The notes under the pieces were generated by a model, which saw only the letters and a program-made list of their open reading frames with translations, was not told where the DNA came from and made no database searches. The translations under genes and the position numbers were made by a program. A stretch of DNA of 45,926 bases, taken from the IMG/VR virus record IMGVR_UViG_3300042347_000757, positions 1 to 45,926 of that record; one strand, given 5' to 3'. Position 1 is the first letter of the stretch. Every line of letters starts with the position of its first letter. The DNA comes from a virus. Lineage: Duplodnaviria; Caudoviricetes. This document shows, piece after piece, positions 25,325 to 35,700 of the stretch.

Positions 25325-25356
25325 TAAAAAATAAATATAAGATATGGGAAATCCCT

Positions 25357-25629
25357 ATGTCTTATCGTATCGACCACGCATATTGCTGGTACAATAATGG
25401 CAGTATGATTGTGAAGATGTATTTTATCAATCACATTCCTTTTACATTTGACGAACTTCCAGACGGTCATTTGTACGACCAAGACCTTTGTAAAGCAGCA
25501 GACAAAGAAACATCTTTCGAATCAGAAGATTTATATAAAAATTCATTCTACTTAATAGATGAAGAGTGTCATCCTTGCTTATTTGAAATTGATTTGGAAA
25601 ATCCAGAAGATATGCCACAAGATGTCTAA
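25357..25629 (+). CDS. Cyanophage hypothetical protein
   Basis: MSYRIDHAYCWY...IVKMYFINHIPFTFDEL...YLIDEECHP; ATAAATA at 25331-25337 upstream. Confidence 0.8.
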   Translation: MSYRIDHAYCWYNNGSMIVKMYFINHIPFTFDELPDGHLYDQDLCKAADKETSFESEDLYKNSFYLIDEECHPCLFEIDLENPEDMPQDV

Positions 25630-25660
25630 ATAAGACAGAAGAAATTATTGTGCGGATAAA

Positions 25661-28600
25661 ATGCCTCTATCTAGGTTAGAAAATTTTCTTGTAAATACTG
25701 ATGGTAATATCTTATATGTCAATCCATCTGATTTAGATGCTACTGATAGTTTTGATAATAAAGGAAATTCACTTACTCGTCCATTTGTAACCATTCAACG
25801 AGCACTAATAGAAGCTGCTAGATTTTCTTATCAGAGTGGTCCAAATAATGATAGATTTGATAAAACAACTATTCTTTTATATCCAGGAACTCACTATATT
25901 GATAATAGACCTGGATACTATGTGAAATCTAACGCTGGAACTGCACAATATTATGATGTAAATCAAACAGTAGTTTCAGTTCCAGATATTGAACTAACCA
26001 ATTCTTCAAATTTTGATATTACAAGTTCTAGCAATGTTCTTTACAAATTTAATTCTGTAGAAGGTGGTGTAATAGTTCCAAAAGGAACTTCTATTGTTGG
26101 TTTGGATTTAAGAAAAACAAAAGTAAAACCACTATATGTTCCTGATCCAGAAAATAATTCCATAGAAAGATCTGCGATTTTTAGGGTTACTGGTGGTTGT
26201 TATTTCTGGCAGTTTAGCGTTTTTGATGCAGATAGAGCAGTATATTATAATTACAATTATGCAGAGCAGGCATCACCGACTTATTCACACCACAAACTGA
26301 CAGTATTTGAATATGCAGATGGTGTAAATTTAAAGAATTTGACTGGAACATCTGATCTTCAGATGTATTACTATAAGTTAATGAATGCTTATGGTGATGA
26401 TACTGGAAATAGAGAAATCATTGATTATCCAACATCTAATGATTTTGAACCAAATAGTCCAGAATTTAAAATTGTTGGAGATCTAACTTCTGGCGATAAT
26501 AATATTACAGAGTTAAATTCAAGTTCAACAGTTGCATCCGTAACAACTGAATTTGCTCACGGATTGAGTGTTGATGATTCTATTCGTATTGCTGGTGTTG
26601 GTTCAGCACTTTACAATGGTAGTTTTAAAGTAGTTGGCGTTACCAGTGAAAGAAAATTTACATACCAATTACCATCTGCAGCAATTGACACTTCAGTTAC
26701 AATTTCAATGAGTGAAAGAGTTATCATTGAACCAGATGGTGTAAATGGAGCATCTCCATACATCTTTAACTGTTCATTGAGATCCGCTTTTGGAATGTGT
26801 GGTCTTCACGCAGACGGATCAAAAGCAACTGGATTTAAATCTATGGTTGTTGCTCAATACACTGGAATTGGATTACAAAAAGACTCCAATGCTTTTGTAA
26901 TTTATAATGAATCCACAGGTCTTTATGATACAAACTCAACCACTTCTTTGGATAAAAGACCTTTATATATTAACCAGGAAGCAATATATAAACCAGCATA
27001 CGAAAATTATCACATCAAGGCATCAAATGATGCATTTATTCAAGATGTTTCTGTTTTTGCAATTGGATTTGCTCAACACTTTTTAGCAGAAGATGGTGCT
27101 GATCAATCAATTACCAACTCAAACTCTAACTTTGGATCCAAGTCATTGATTTCAAAAGGATTCAGAAAAGAATCCTTTGATCGTGATGATACTGGTTATG
27201 TGACTCATATTGTTCCACCAAAAGATCTCCAAGAAGATTCTTTTAATGCTCTTTGGAGATCACTTGATGTTGGGCTTACTACATCATATACTGGCGTTGG
27301 ACAAACCTCTAGACTTTATCTTTTGGGTGAAACGGATATCAATAATCCACCATCAAATATCACGAATGGATATAGAGTTGGTTCCAATATTGATGAAAAA
27401 CTTTATGTTACAGTAAATATTAATGGCATAGATTCTACTTATTCTTCTCCAATTTTGATGCAAGTTCCAACTGGAGAAGGTCCAATAGCACAAAAAACAT
27501 TTACCGTAACTCAAACAACAGGCGTTAATAATATTGATGTTTCTTCGAATGTATTAACTTTAAATGCAACTCATAATTTTTACAACGGAGAATCAGTAAG
27601 AGTATTCAGTGATAATGCAATTGTTCCTGACGGATTAGAAAATGGAGCATTATATTATGTCATTATAGATACCTCAAATACTATTAAACTTGCAAAAACT
27701 ATTAATAATGCAAATGAAAATATTCCTGTAGATATTAAAAATACAAAAGGTGGCATTTTAAGTATTGTAAGTAGAGTTTCTGACAAACTTTCTGGAGATC
27801 CAGGTCATCCAATTCAATTTGATGCTGTTAATAAAAATTGGTATATTATTGGTAGTGGAAATACAACAACAAATCAAATATATCAAGGATTTAAAAATAA
27901 TCCAACTGCAATTGCAGCAAATAATTCTTCCACTTTCATTCAAAGAAAGTCTGAAAATCGTGACCTGACAGATAGAATTTATAAGTTAAGATATGTTATT
28001 CCTAAAGAATATACAAATGCAAAAATTCCAGCAAAAAATTATGTTCTTCAAGAATCAAGTACTGTAAAAGAAGATTCTACAATTACAACTATAAATTCTA
28101 ATCGCAACTCTCACGTAATTGCTGGAATTTCAACTGTTGGATCAACTGTCACTGTCACATCAGAAAGACCGCATAGATTGAGCGTCAGTGATAGAGTAAG
28201 AATTAGAAAAGTTGTAAGTAGCACAAATTTAAGCGCAGCAGATGATGCTGGATTTAATGGTTATTTTGTTGTAACTTCTGTTCCATCATCAAAAACATTT
28301 ACATTTACTAACACATATAGCGGTGGAACATTTGCAAACAGTGTTTCAACTAGAGGAGAAAATCTTCCAGTATTCTCTAGAAATGAATATGATACCACTT
28401 ATACAATTGAAAATGTAGAAACAGTTCAAGAATATTCTTCTGGATTACAAGATGGTATTTACTATTTGACTTGTTTGATTGGAAATATTTCTCCTACGGC
28501 TCCAGAATTTACATCTCAAAAGTTTAAGCAAAATATAACTGATTTGTATCCAGTTGTAGATAAAGATAATTTGATTACTGATCCACTACAAAGTTTGACT

Positions 28601-31600
28601 GGAGCATCAAACAAATTAATTGGTAAAGTGATTGTAAATGACCCCCAAAACAGTACTACAAAAGAAAGTATTATCAATTATTTGAAAGATAATAGAGTTG
28701 GATTGGCAGTGACTAACGCAATAGCAATATCTTCTGGACTTTCCACTATATTCACTTCAACGGATCACAATTTAAATGCCATCACTGGTGTAACTGTTTT
28801 AGCACCTGGATCTGGATATGGTGCTGGTATTTCCAGCACATTATATAATATGCCTCTTGTTGGCGTAGGAATTACTGGCAATGGTGCTACTGCAAATGTG
28901 TCTGTGAGTGCTGCTGGCACAATAACTGCTGTGACTATTGTAGATGGTGGATCTGCATATAGCATTGGAAATACTATGAGTATTGGTTTTGGAGGAGGTT
29001 CTGTAACTGTTTCATCCATTAATAATAATGTTGGAGATGTAATTCAAATTATTGGTGTCGGAACTGTTGGAAATCGCAACAATGGAGCATATAGTGGTCT
29101 TTATAAAATTTCTGCAATTAATAGTTCAAAATCTGTTACTTATAATGTAGGATCAAATCCTGGAATTTACACAACATCAAGTGGTATTCTTTATGTTGTA
29201 GATACGTCTCTTCCAATTTCTACCATTGCTGGTGTTTCAAATGCAACTACAGCAGGAATAGTAACAATAACAACATCTCGTGCCCATGGTTTATCGGTGG
29301 GAAATAAAATTAAAATTACGGGAGTTACTGGGACTGCTTCGGCTATTTTTAATTCAGACTTTTTTGTTAAAGAAAAAGTTAGTTTAACTGCATTTACAAT
29401 TTTATCGCCAATTGGAGTTGGAACTGCCGCTGGGTCTGCAGAAGTCTATAAGTATGGAATTGCTTCATATGGAGAAGATACTTCACTTCAGAGTGAAAAG
29501 ATTTCCGGAAGTTTGATAAGTATGAATGTTGGTTATACAACTACAACATCTGCAGGAATCACAACCACTGCGACAACATTGGATCTTACACTTACAACTG
29601 GATTAGAAAAAGGAAACTTTATTCAATTAGATAATGAAATCTTAAGAATTACTTCAATAACTAACTCTAGTCAAGTTGCTGTTTTAAGAGGTGTTCTTGG
29701 AACTAAATCTGCTCCACACGATTCTGGTTCTATTGTTAGAAAAATTTCCGTAATCCCATCAGAAACCCGTAGATTTACAAGTATTCGTGCTTCTGGTCAT
29801 ACTTTTGAATATCTTGGATATGGTCCGGGAAACTATTCAACTGCTGTTCCACAAAGACAGAATAGAGTTATTACAGACGAAGAAGAGCGTTTAGCAGTTT
29901 CAAAAGAAGAAAAAGGAGGAGTCGTATTTTTCTCTGGTATGAATGATCGTGGCGATTTCTTCACTGGCGATAGGTTAACTGCAAAAGAAACATTTATCGG
30001 AGAAACTCCATCAGATTTAACCGCAACTTATGATGATGTTTATATTCGTAATACTATTCGTGTTGGTGGTGGTTCAAATCGTTTACTTCCTAGTGAATTT
30101 AGAGGTCCAGTAAACTTTACCAATAAAATCACTTCAACTGCATCCCAAGGCATTGAAGCACTCAAACTTCAACTTAAAGGGAATAGTATTCAAGATCCAT
30201 CATTACAAATTGGACCAGATTCAAATCCAGCATTAATTGTAAATGAATTAAGTCAATATGTTGGCATCAAGACTGCAGTTCCTAATTTTGAACTTGATGT
30301 AAATGGTAGAATTAGAGCAAATGGTTTTGAAAATTTCCAATTATCGGATTTGCCAACAATTGATGAAGCAACTTTTTCGGCAAATAGAGTCCTTAAAGTT
30401 AAAGATGATGCATCTGGATATGAACTTGTTGATTATGATGAGTTATTAAAATATAAACTTCGTAGTTTTACTTTTAGTAATGATGGAAGAGTTTATACTG
30501 GTATTGGATCAACTGTAAGTAATACTCTTCAAATTAGTGGAATTTCTACTTCTAATTTTTATGTTGGAGAAAAAGTAAAAGTATTTGGTGTAGATATTAA
30601 TGGTTCTGCAACTGTTGCTGCTCCTCCTATTGCTGGAATGAGTGCAGTTAGAGTTGGAATAACAACATTACCTGACACATATCGTTATTGGGTGGCACAA
30701 TATCATTTAAGAAATGGAAAAGTTGGTGTATCTTCTCAAATTTCACCATTTGCTGGAATTGGAATGACAACTATTGATAATTTCAATGATACTGATAACA
30801 TTTCACTCACTCTTGCTAGATCTGATGCAAATCACGGTCTTCTTGTTTATCGTCAAATTGGAGTTTCGACTAATATTAATAATGCTAAACTTATTGGTAT
30901 TCTTGGTCCAAAAGAACTTGGATCTAATACATCTAATATCACTTGGACTGATTATGGAACATTTGATCAAACTGAATGGTCCACAAAAGGAACAGTAAAT
31001 GAATATGATTCCGATCAAATTCACTTTCCAAATATTGCCACAACTGGCCAGAGAAGAGGATGGAAAATTGATGAAATTGTTTCAATAGGAACAAGTTCTA
31101 TTAGATTATCTGGACAATATACTAGAAATTCTGACAATCAGATTAAAGTTGTTCACGATAATACTTATGCATTATCTCTGGCAATCGATCAAGCACTTGC
31201 AAATAATCAATACTCTTTAGAATTACCAAGTGGAACATATTTAACAAACAAACTTATTATTCCATCAGGATTTACATTAAAAGGCAATGGTAAAAATACT
31301 ATAATCAAAACACAATATTTTGCAACTGATGAAACTGATGGTGCGGGAAATCTATTAGATTTTGATGGCAATATTGTTGGTGTTGGAACAACAACTGCTT
31401 CTGATATTTCAATCTACGATTTGACAATTGATGGAAATAGTGGAAATAATATTCTATTTGATGGCGAATCGAATAATTATATTATGTATTTTGATAATAT
31501 AACATCTTCTGTGTTTAAAGATATTGAAGTTCGCAATTCACCAGGACATGGATTGTATCTTAATAATTCCTCAAGGATATCTGTAGATAATTGCTCATTT

Positions 31601-32530
31601 GTTGATGGATCAAATAGTGATAGATATTCATTCTCTCCATTAAATACTCAAGATTCTAACACGTTGAGAGTTAATGACTGTCTCTTTGAAAATTATCCTG
31701 GTCCTGTTGATTTGTCCGTAAGCTCTGTTGTTGCTACTGGTGGAAATATTATCCGTAATTGTGGAACAGGATTGAGAAATTATGCTTCTAGTAAGATCAT
31801 AACAACAAACAATATTATTCTTGGACCTGCGGATGAGTATATTCCATCTCCTGACATTTATGATAGTGATTTTAATTCTATCAATTTTACAATTGATAGA
31901 ACTGCTACTTTCAATGGTCCAGTTCTTCAATATCTAGAGAATGGAATACTAAAAGATCTCAGTAGTACTAAAGTTTCTATCGTTTCTGCTGGTATTGGAA
32001 CAATTGTTGGACAAGGAACAACAAATGAAACTCTTGGTTCTAGATTCTTGAATTTCAATATTACTACTCCCAATGCTGGAGAATATGGTAGAGAAAATGG
32101 CTATATTCAATTGAGTTTAACATCAACACAAACTTCTACATTGGGTCTTTCATCTGCTCTTGGATACAATATCATTGCACAAGAATATATTACAGTTCCA
32201 GTAGGATTTACAACTTATATTGGTATTGGAACTGGATCATTCAATCTTATTGGTGCTGGTGCAACTCAATATACAATTACATTATCAGATCCAAATCAAT
32301 TCTCTGGCATTTCTACTGGTGATGTCATTAAACTTGTAAATCACTCTGTAACTCCAGATTTATCATTATACGAATTGACGATTGCAGAGAAAATTAATGC
32401 AGGTGCCGCAGACAAACGTTTGAGGTTGACTGGATTTACAACAACTTCAGTAAGTAATGGATTGCAGACTGGATATATAATTATAAGGAATATATTTACT
32501 ATCGCAAAAGGAAGAGTCGGAGTTATTTAA
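25661..32530 (+). CDS. Giant virion fibre/baseplate protein, 2289 aa, with a C-terminal pectate-lyase-like beta-helix
   Basis: MPLSRLENFL...YVNPSDLDATDS..N.GNSLTRPF.TIQRALIEAARF N-terminus; repeated HGLSVG modules; LPSGTY..NKL.IPSGFTLKGNG beta-helix start; CTAAATA at 25626. Confidence 0.8.
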   Translation: MPLSRLENFLVNTDGNILYVNPSDLDATDSFDNKGNSLTRPFVTIQRALIEAARFSYQSGPNNDRFDKTTILLYPGTHYIDNRPGYYVKSNAGTAQYYDVNQTVVSVPDIELTNSSNFDITSSSNVLYKFNSVEGGVIVPKGTSIVGLDLRKTKVKPLYVPDPENNSIERSAIFRVTGGCYFWQFSVFDADRAVYYNYNYAEQASPTYSHHKLTVFEYADGVNLKNLTGTSDLQMYYYKLMNAYGDDTGNREIIDYPTSNDFEPNSPEFKIVGDLTSGDNNITELNSSSTVASVTTEFAHGLSVDDSIRIAGVGSALYNGSFKVVGVTSERKFTYQLPSAAIDTSVTISMSERVIIEPDGVNGASPYIFNCSLRSAFGMCGLHADGSKATGFKSMVVAQYTGIGLQKDSNAFVIYNESTGLYDTNSTTSLDKRPLYINQEAIYKPAYENYHIKASNDAFIQDVSVFAIGFAQHFLAEDGADQSITNSNSNFGSKSLISKGFRKESFDRDDTGYVTHIVPPKDLQEDSFNALWRSLDVGLTTSYTGVGQTSRLYLLGETDINNPPSNITNGYRVGSNIDEKLYVTVNINGIDSTYSSPILMQVPTGEGPIAQKTFTVTQTTGVNNIDVSSNVLTLNATHNFYNGESVRVFSDNAIVPDGLENGALYYVIIDTSNTIKLAKTINNANENIPVDIKNTKGGILSIVSRVSDKLSGDPGHPIQFDAVNKNWYIIGSGNTTTNQIYQGFKNNPTAIAANNSSTFIQRKSENRDLTDRIYKLRYVIPKEYTNAKIPAKNYVLQESSTVKEDSTITTINSNRNSHVIAGISTVGSTVTVTSERPHRLSVSDRVRIRKVVSSTNLSAADDAGFNGYFVVTSVPSSKTFTFTNTYSGGTFANSVSTRGENLPVFSRNEYDTTYTIENVETVQEYSSGLQDGIYYLTCLIGNISPTAPEFTSQKFKQNITDLYPVVDKDNLITDPLQSLTGASNKLIGKVIVNDPQNSTTKESIINYLKDNRVGLAVTNAIAISSGLSTIFTSTDHNLNAITGVTVLAPGSGYGAGISSTLYNMPLVGVGITGNGATANVSVSAAGTITAVTIVDGGSAYSIGNTMSIGFGGGSVTVSSINNNVGDVIQIIGVGTVGNRNNGAYSGLYKISAINSSKSVTYNVGSNPGIYTTSSGILYVVDTSLPISTIAGVSNATTAGIVTITTSRAHGLSVGNKIKITGVTGTASAIFNSDFFVKEKVSLTAFTILSPIGVGTAAGSAEVYKYGIASYGEDTSLQSEKISGSLISMNVGYTTTTSAGITTTATTLDLTLTTGLEKGNFIQLDNEILRITSITNSSQVAVLRGVLGTKSAPHDSGSIVRKISVIPSETRRFTSIRASGHTFEYLGYGPGNYSTAVPQRQNRVITDEEERLAVSKEEKGGVVFFSGMNDRGDFFTGDRLTAKETFIGETPSDLTATYDDVYIRNTIRVGGGSNRLLPSEFRGPVNFTNKITSTASQGIEALKLQLKGNSIQDPSLQIGPDSNPALIVNELSQYVGIKTAVPNFELDVNGRIRANGFENFQLSDLPTIDEATFSANRVLKVKDDASGYELVDYDELLKYKLRSFTFSNDGRVYTGIGSTVSNTLQISGISTSNFYVGEKVKVFGVDINGSATVAAPPIAGMSAVRVGITTLPDTYRYWVAQYHLRNGKVGVSSQISPFAGIGMTTIDNFNDTDNISLTLARSDANHGLLVYRQIGVSTNINNAKLIGILGPKELGSNTSNITWTDYGTFDQTEWSTKGTVNEYDSDQIHFPNIATTGQRRGWKIDEIVSIGTSSIRLSGQYTRNSDNQIKVVHDNTYALSLAIDQALANNQYSLELPSGTYLTNKLIIPSGFTLKGNGKNTIIKTQYFATDETDGAGNLLDFDGNIVGVGTTTASDISIYDLTIDGNSGNNILFDGESNNYIMYFDNITSSVFKDIEVRNSPGHGLYLNNSSRISVDNCSFVDGSNSDRYSFSPLNTQDSNTLRVNDCLFENYPGPVDLSVSSVVATGGNIIRNCGTGLRNYASSKIITTNNIILGPADEYIPSPDIYDSDFNSINFTIDRTATFNGPVLQYLENGILKDLSSTKVSIVSAGIGTIVGQGTTNETLGSRFLNFNITTPNAGEYGRENGYIQLSLTSTQTSTLGLSSALGYNIIAQEYITVPVGFTTYIGIGTGSFNLIGAGATQYTITLSDPNQFSGISTGDVIKLVNHSVTPDLSLYELTIAEKINAGAADKRLRLTGFTTTSVSNGLQTGYIIIRNIFTIAKGRVGVI

Positions 32531-32532
32531 AA

Positions 32533-35500
32533 ATGCCAGATAACACAAACGTTAATAATAATGCAGCAGTTGTCGTTGTAGGTAGAACTGCTCCTGTTCC
32601 TCCTGGGCAACAGAAATCAGAAAAATCTATTCCTGTTGTTATTGCAAGTGACCAATCAACAATTCCAGTAGCAGAACAAAATAAAGTTCAATCAGAAGTT
32701 GCTCTTTCTCTTCTTGGAATTCCTAGATCAGAAGTTGCTCTTGGTATTTTTGCTGACGTTAACACTTATGATGTAAACCCATCAGAATGGTCAGCAACTC
32801 CAGAACAGTTCGGTTTGGTCTCTAGCACTGGTGTGTATGCTGGTATTGCTCAAAGTATGGGATGGGGACTTACCCACGTTCCAGAAGAATCTGGAGCACT
32901 CGTAGAGGGTCCTGCTGATAGAACAGCAATTCTTACATCAAAAAGATTTTTTAGGTATCAACCTGGTCGTGTTTCTGCCGCAACTTTTGGTGTAAAAACA
33001 ACTTTACTTGGCGATGACGGAGTTGATGTTCACAATCCAGCAGTTAGAAAATATGGAATTTTTGATAATTATGATGGATATTATTGGGAATCTAGAAATG
33101 ATGGAACTGGAGATAATTTCTGTGTGGTTAGAAGAACTCAATCATTGCTTTATAGCAATCCATTAACTTTTCCTAGTCAACAAACAGAAGATTATGGTAA
33201 CACAAATCCACTAGATCAATTTGCACCAAGAGTCTCTGAAAGTGCTGGAATTACAACAGTACCATCTAAGAAATTTGGCAATTTGGTTATCTTGAGAGAT
33301 AACTTGGTAATGACACACGCAGGAGTTTATGATCCTTCATTACTTCAAAATGAATCACAGGTTGCCATTACTTCAATTACATCAGGAAATGTAATTTCAC
33401 TTGTAGGATTGGCAAAAAGTGTAAGTAATGCTGTTTACGACAACACTACTGGTATAATGGTAGTGACAACTCATCAACCACACGGATTTGAGGAAGGTAA
33501 GTATATTAAGATTAGTGGCATTGGTATGACCTGTCAATTTGGATTTAATAGTTATCCAGATCCAGGCAGAAATTCCGGTTATAATGTCATTTCTGTTGGT
33601 GGCACAAATACATTCACTTTGAATGTTGGTATTGCGACAGTTCCAACATTTTATAACTCTGGTGGTTATATTCTTGGACTGTCTGAAGGACAATATGTTT
33701 CTTATTCAAAAGGAACAAATGCCAGCGTTCTTACTGGATTTGATGATACAAAAGTATATAAAGTATCAACAGTTGGTGTTAATACCTTAACCGGAATTAG
33801 TACAGTAACATTAATTAATTTGGATGCAAGTTCACCTACATTTACTGCAGTAACAGGAATTTCTTCTCACGTATTAATTACTCCAGTTCCCTTCATTCAA
33901 CCCACTAATGGATCATTGATTGGTTCATATAACAAATATAACACAGTAAAACCAACGGGAATGTTCCCCTATATGTATGACAATGGAGATGGTAATAAAG
34001 AAGGATATATTGATAGTTCTCTTCCAATTGAATCTGCAACTACATTACAAGGTCAAATTGATGATATTAATACCTATTATGGTAAATGGGTTAATCAAAA
34101 TGTCAAGAAAGATTATTGGAATGTTTATGAATATAGAGTTCCAAGATCTAGATTTAGTGGAGATAATTTAAATGAAGAATTGGGAAATCCACTTCTTTAT
34201 AGTGATGCAGTAGGAGATAAGAGAGCAGGACAACCAGTAATTGATCCCGATACAAACGAAGAACTGACTGATGATAGTATTTGGAATCTTGACCTCACAA
34301 AGGTTACAATGTATAAAATTGAATTCTCTTGGTATGGTGCTGTCGGTGCTCTATTCCTCGCATATGTTCCTGTAAGCAATGGTGAAGCACGTTGGGTACG
34401 TGTTCATCACTTAAGAGCATCAAACCAATTGAAAGTTTCTTCTTTGGGTAACGCAACTCTTCCAATTACATATCTTGTATATGGCGGAGGCAATCCAAAT
34501 CGTTTTGGATATGTAAATAATTTAAGACCGGAATCATCTTTCTCTTACGGAAGTTCTTCTGAACATATTATCAAATATGGTGCATCGTATTATATTGATG
34601 GTGGAGATAGAGGAACTGTAAAACTGTATAGTTACTCTACTCCAGTTTCACAAGAAGTCTATGGTTCAAAGAGACCTTTTACAGTAGTCAATGGTGGTGG
34701 AGTTGGCATTGCATCTACTCAAGTAGACTTAACGAATGCTACATCAACAACTGATCCTTATATTATTGGATCAGTTGGAATGTCTACTTCTTATTATGTC
34801 GGTGCAAAAGTTGTAACGTCAAGTCCATTGGATCAAAATATTGAAATTACTTTTGTCAATGTAGGAAGTCAAAGACTTTATCTAAATGCTCCATTGAATT
34901 CCACAAGTTTAGGAACAATCACAGTGATTCCAAATCGTCCAATACCATTAATTGGTCTTAAGTGTAGAGAAACAATTCAAAGTAGTACTGGCAAGTCGGT
35001 AAGAAATAGAACTCAAGTATATCCAACTCGTTTGTCTAGCGGATCAACTGGTGTGCTGAAACTAGATTTAATCAAGTCACCTATATTCCAGACTACTAAT
35101 TCTACTACTGGCGTATTGGCACTTTCTTCTACAGCAAATATAGGAAAAAGAGGAAAACCGACATCAATCTCTGTCACAAATACAAGTTATCTCTCTGCAA
35201 GTACTGGAGTTTATGGATATGTGAGAGGATATTTTGAGAATGATGCCTCACAAAAACCAGTATCAGTTTTAGGATATTTAGAAAATAGAGGAACAACCGA
35301 TGGGTATTACTTTTATGCTCTCAAATCCACTTCTGATAATGTAGTTCTCACAACTGCAAATAATTTCTTGAAGGAAGAGAATCACAATCATGTAGGAACT
35401 ATTATTTCTGGAATTACTACAGAATTTACTCTTGCTGCACTTTCATCGGTTAAGGTTAACCCACAAGCAAGAAGTCCTATTCCAAATACTGGAACAGTAA

Positions 35501-35697
35501 TTACAAGTATTTTCATTCCTGCATCGGGACAAGAATATGATTTATCCCCATATTTTGATTATAATAAAGAATATCTATCATTTCCATTGACAAATAATAT
35601 TGAAAGTTTATATCTTTGTGCTTCTTCACAAACTACTTACAATAGTGGAACTCCTGCTGCTGATGTGTCCACAAGTCTTACTTGGGAGGAGCAGTGA
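32533..35697 (+). CDS. Large virion structural protein, 1054 aa
   Basis: Long ORF in the late cluster; SKRFFRYQPGR, MYKIEFSWYGAVGA, KYGASYYIDGGD. Confidence 0.75.
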   Translation: MPDNTNVNNNAAVVVVGRTAPVPPGQQKSEKSIPVVIASDQSTIPVAEQNKVQSEVALSLLGIPRSEVALGIFADVNTYDVNPSEWSATPEQFGLVSSTGVYAGIAQSMGWGLTHVPEESGALVEGPADRTAILTSKRFFRYQPGRVSAATFGVKTTLLGDDGVDVHNPAVRKYGIFDNYDGYYWESRNDGTGDNFCVVRRTQSLLYSNPLTFPSQQTEDYGNTNPLDQFAPRVSESAGITTVPSKKFGNLVILRDNLVMTHAGVYDPSLLQNESQVAITSITSGNVISLVGLAKSVSNAVYDNTTGIMVVTTHQPHGFEEGKYIKISGIGMTCQFGFNSYPDPGRNSGYNVISVGGTNTFTLNVGIATVPTFYNSGGYILGLSEGQYVSYSKGTNASVLTGFDDTKVYKVSTVGVNTLTGISTVTLINLDASSPTFTAVTGISSHVLITPVPFIQPTNGSLIGSYNKYNTVKPTGMFPYMYDNGDGNKEGYIDSSLPIESATTLQGQIDDINTYYGKWVNQNVKKDYWNVYEYRVPRSRFSGDNLNEELGNPLLYSDAVGDKRAGQPVIDPDTNEELTDDSIWNLDLTKVTMYKIEFSWYGAVGALFLAYVPVSNGEARWVRVHHLRASNQLKVSSLGNATLPITYLVYGGGNPNRFGYVNNLRPESSFSYGSSSEHIIKYGASYYIDGGDRGTVKLYSYSTPVSQEVYGSKRPFTVVNGGGVGIASTQVDLTNATSTTDPYIIGSVGMSTSYYVGAKVVTSSPLDQNIEITFVNVGSQRLYLNAPLNSTSLGTITVIPNRPIPLIGLKCRETIQSSTGKSVRNRTQVYPTRLSSGSTGVLKLDLIKSPIFQTTNSTTGVLALSSTANIGKRGKPTSISVTNTSYLSASTGVYGYVRGYFENDASQKPVSVLGYLENRGTTDGYYFYALKSTSDNVVLTTANNFLKEENHNHVGTIISGITTEFTLAALSSVKVNPQARSPIPNTGTVITSIFIPASGQEYDLSPYFDYNKEYLSFPLTNNIESLYLCASSQTTYNSGTPAADVSTSLTWEEQ

Positions 35698-35700
35698 TTT

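Noticed and set aside
25270-25356. N-terminal extension of the 119-aa ORF as an intron-encoded protein
   Set aside because: It reads through the intron end and tRNA exon 2; no endonuclease motif; true start is 25357
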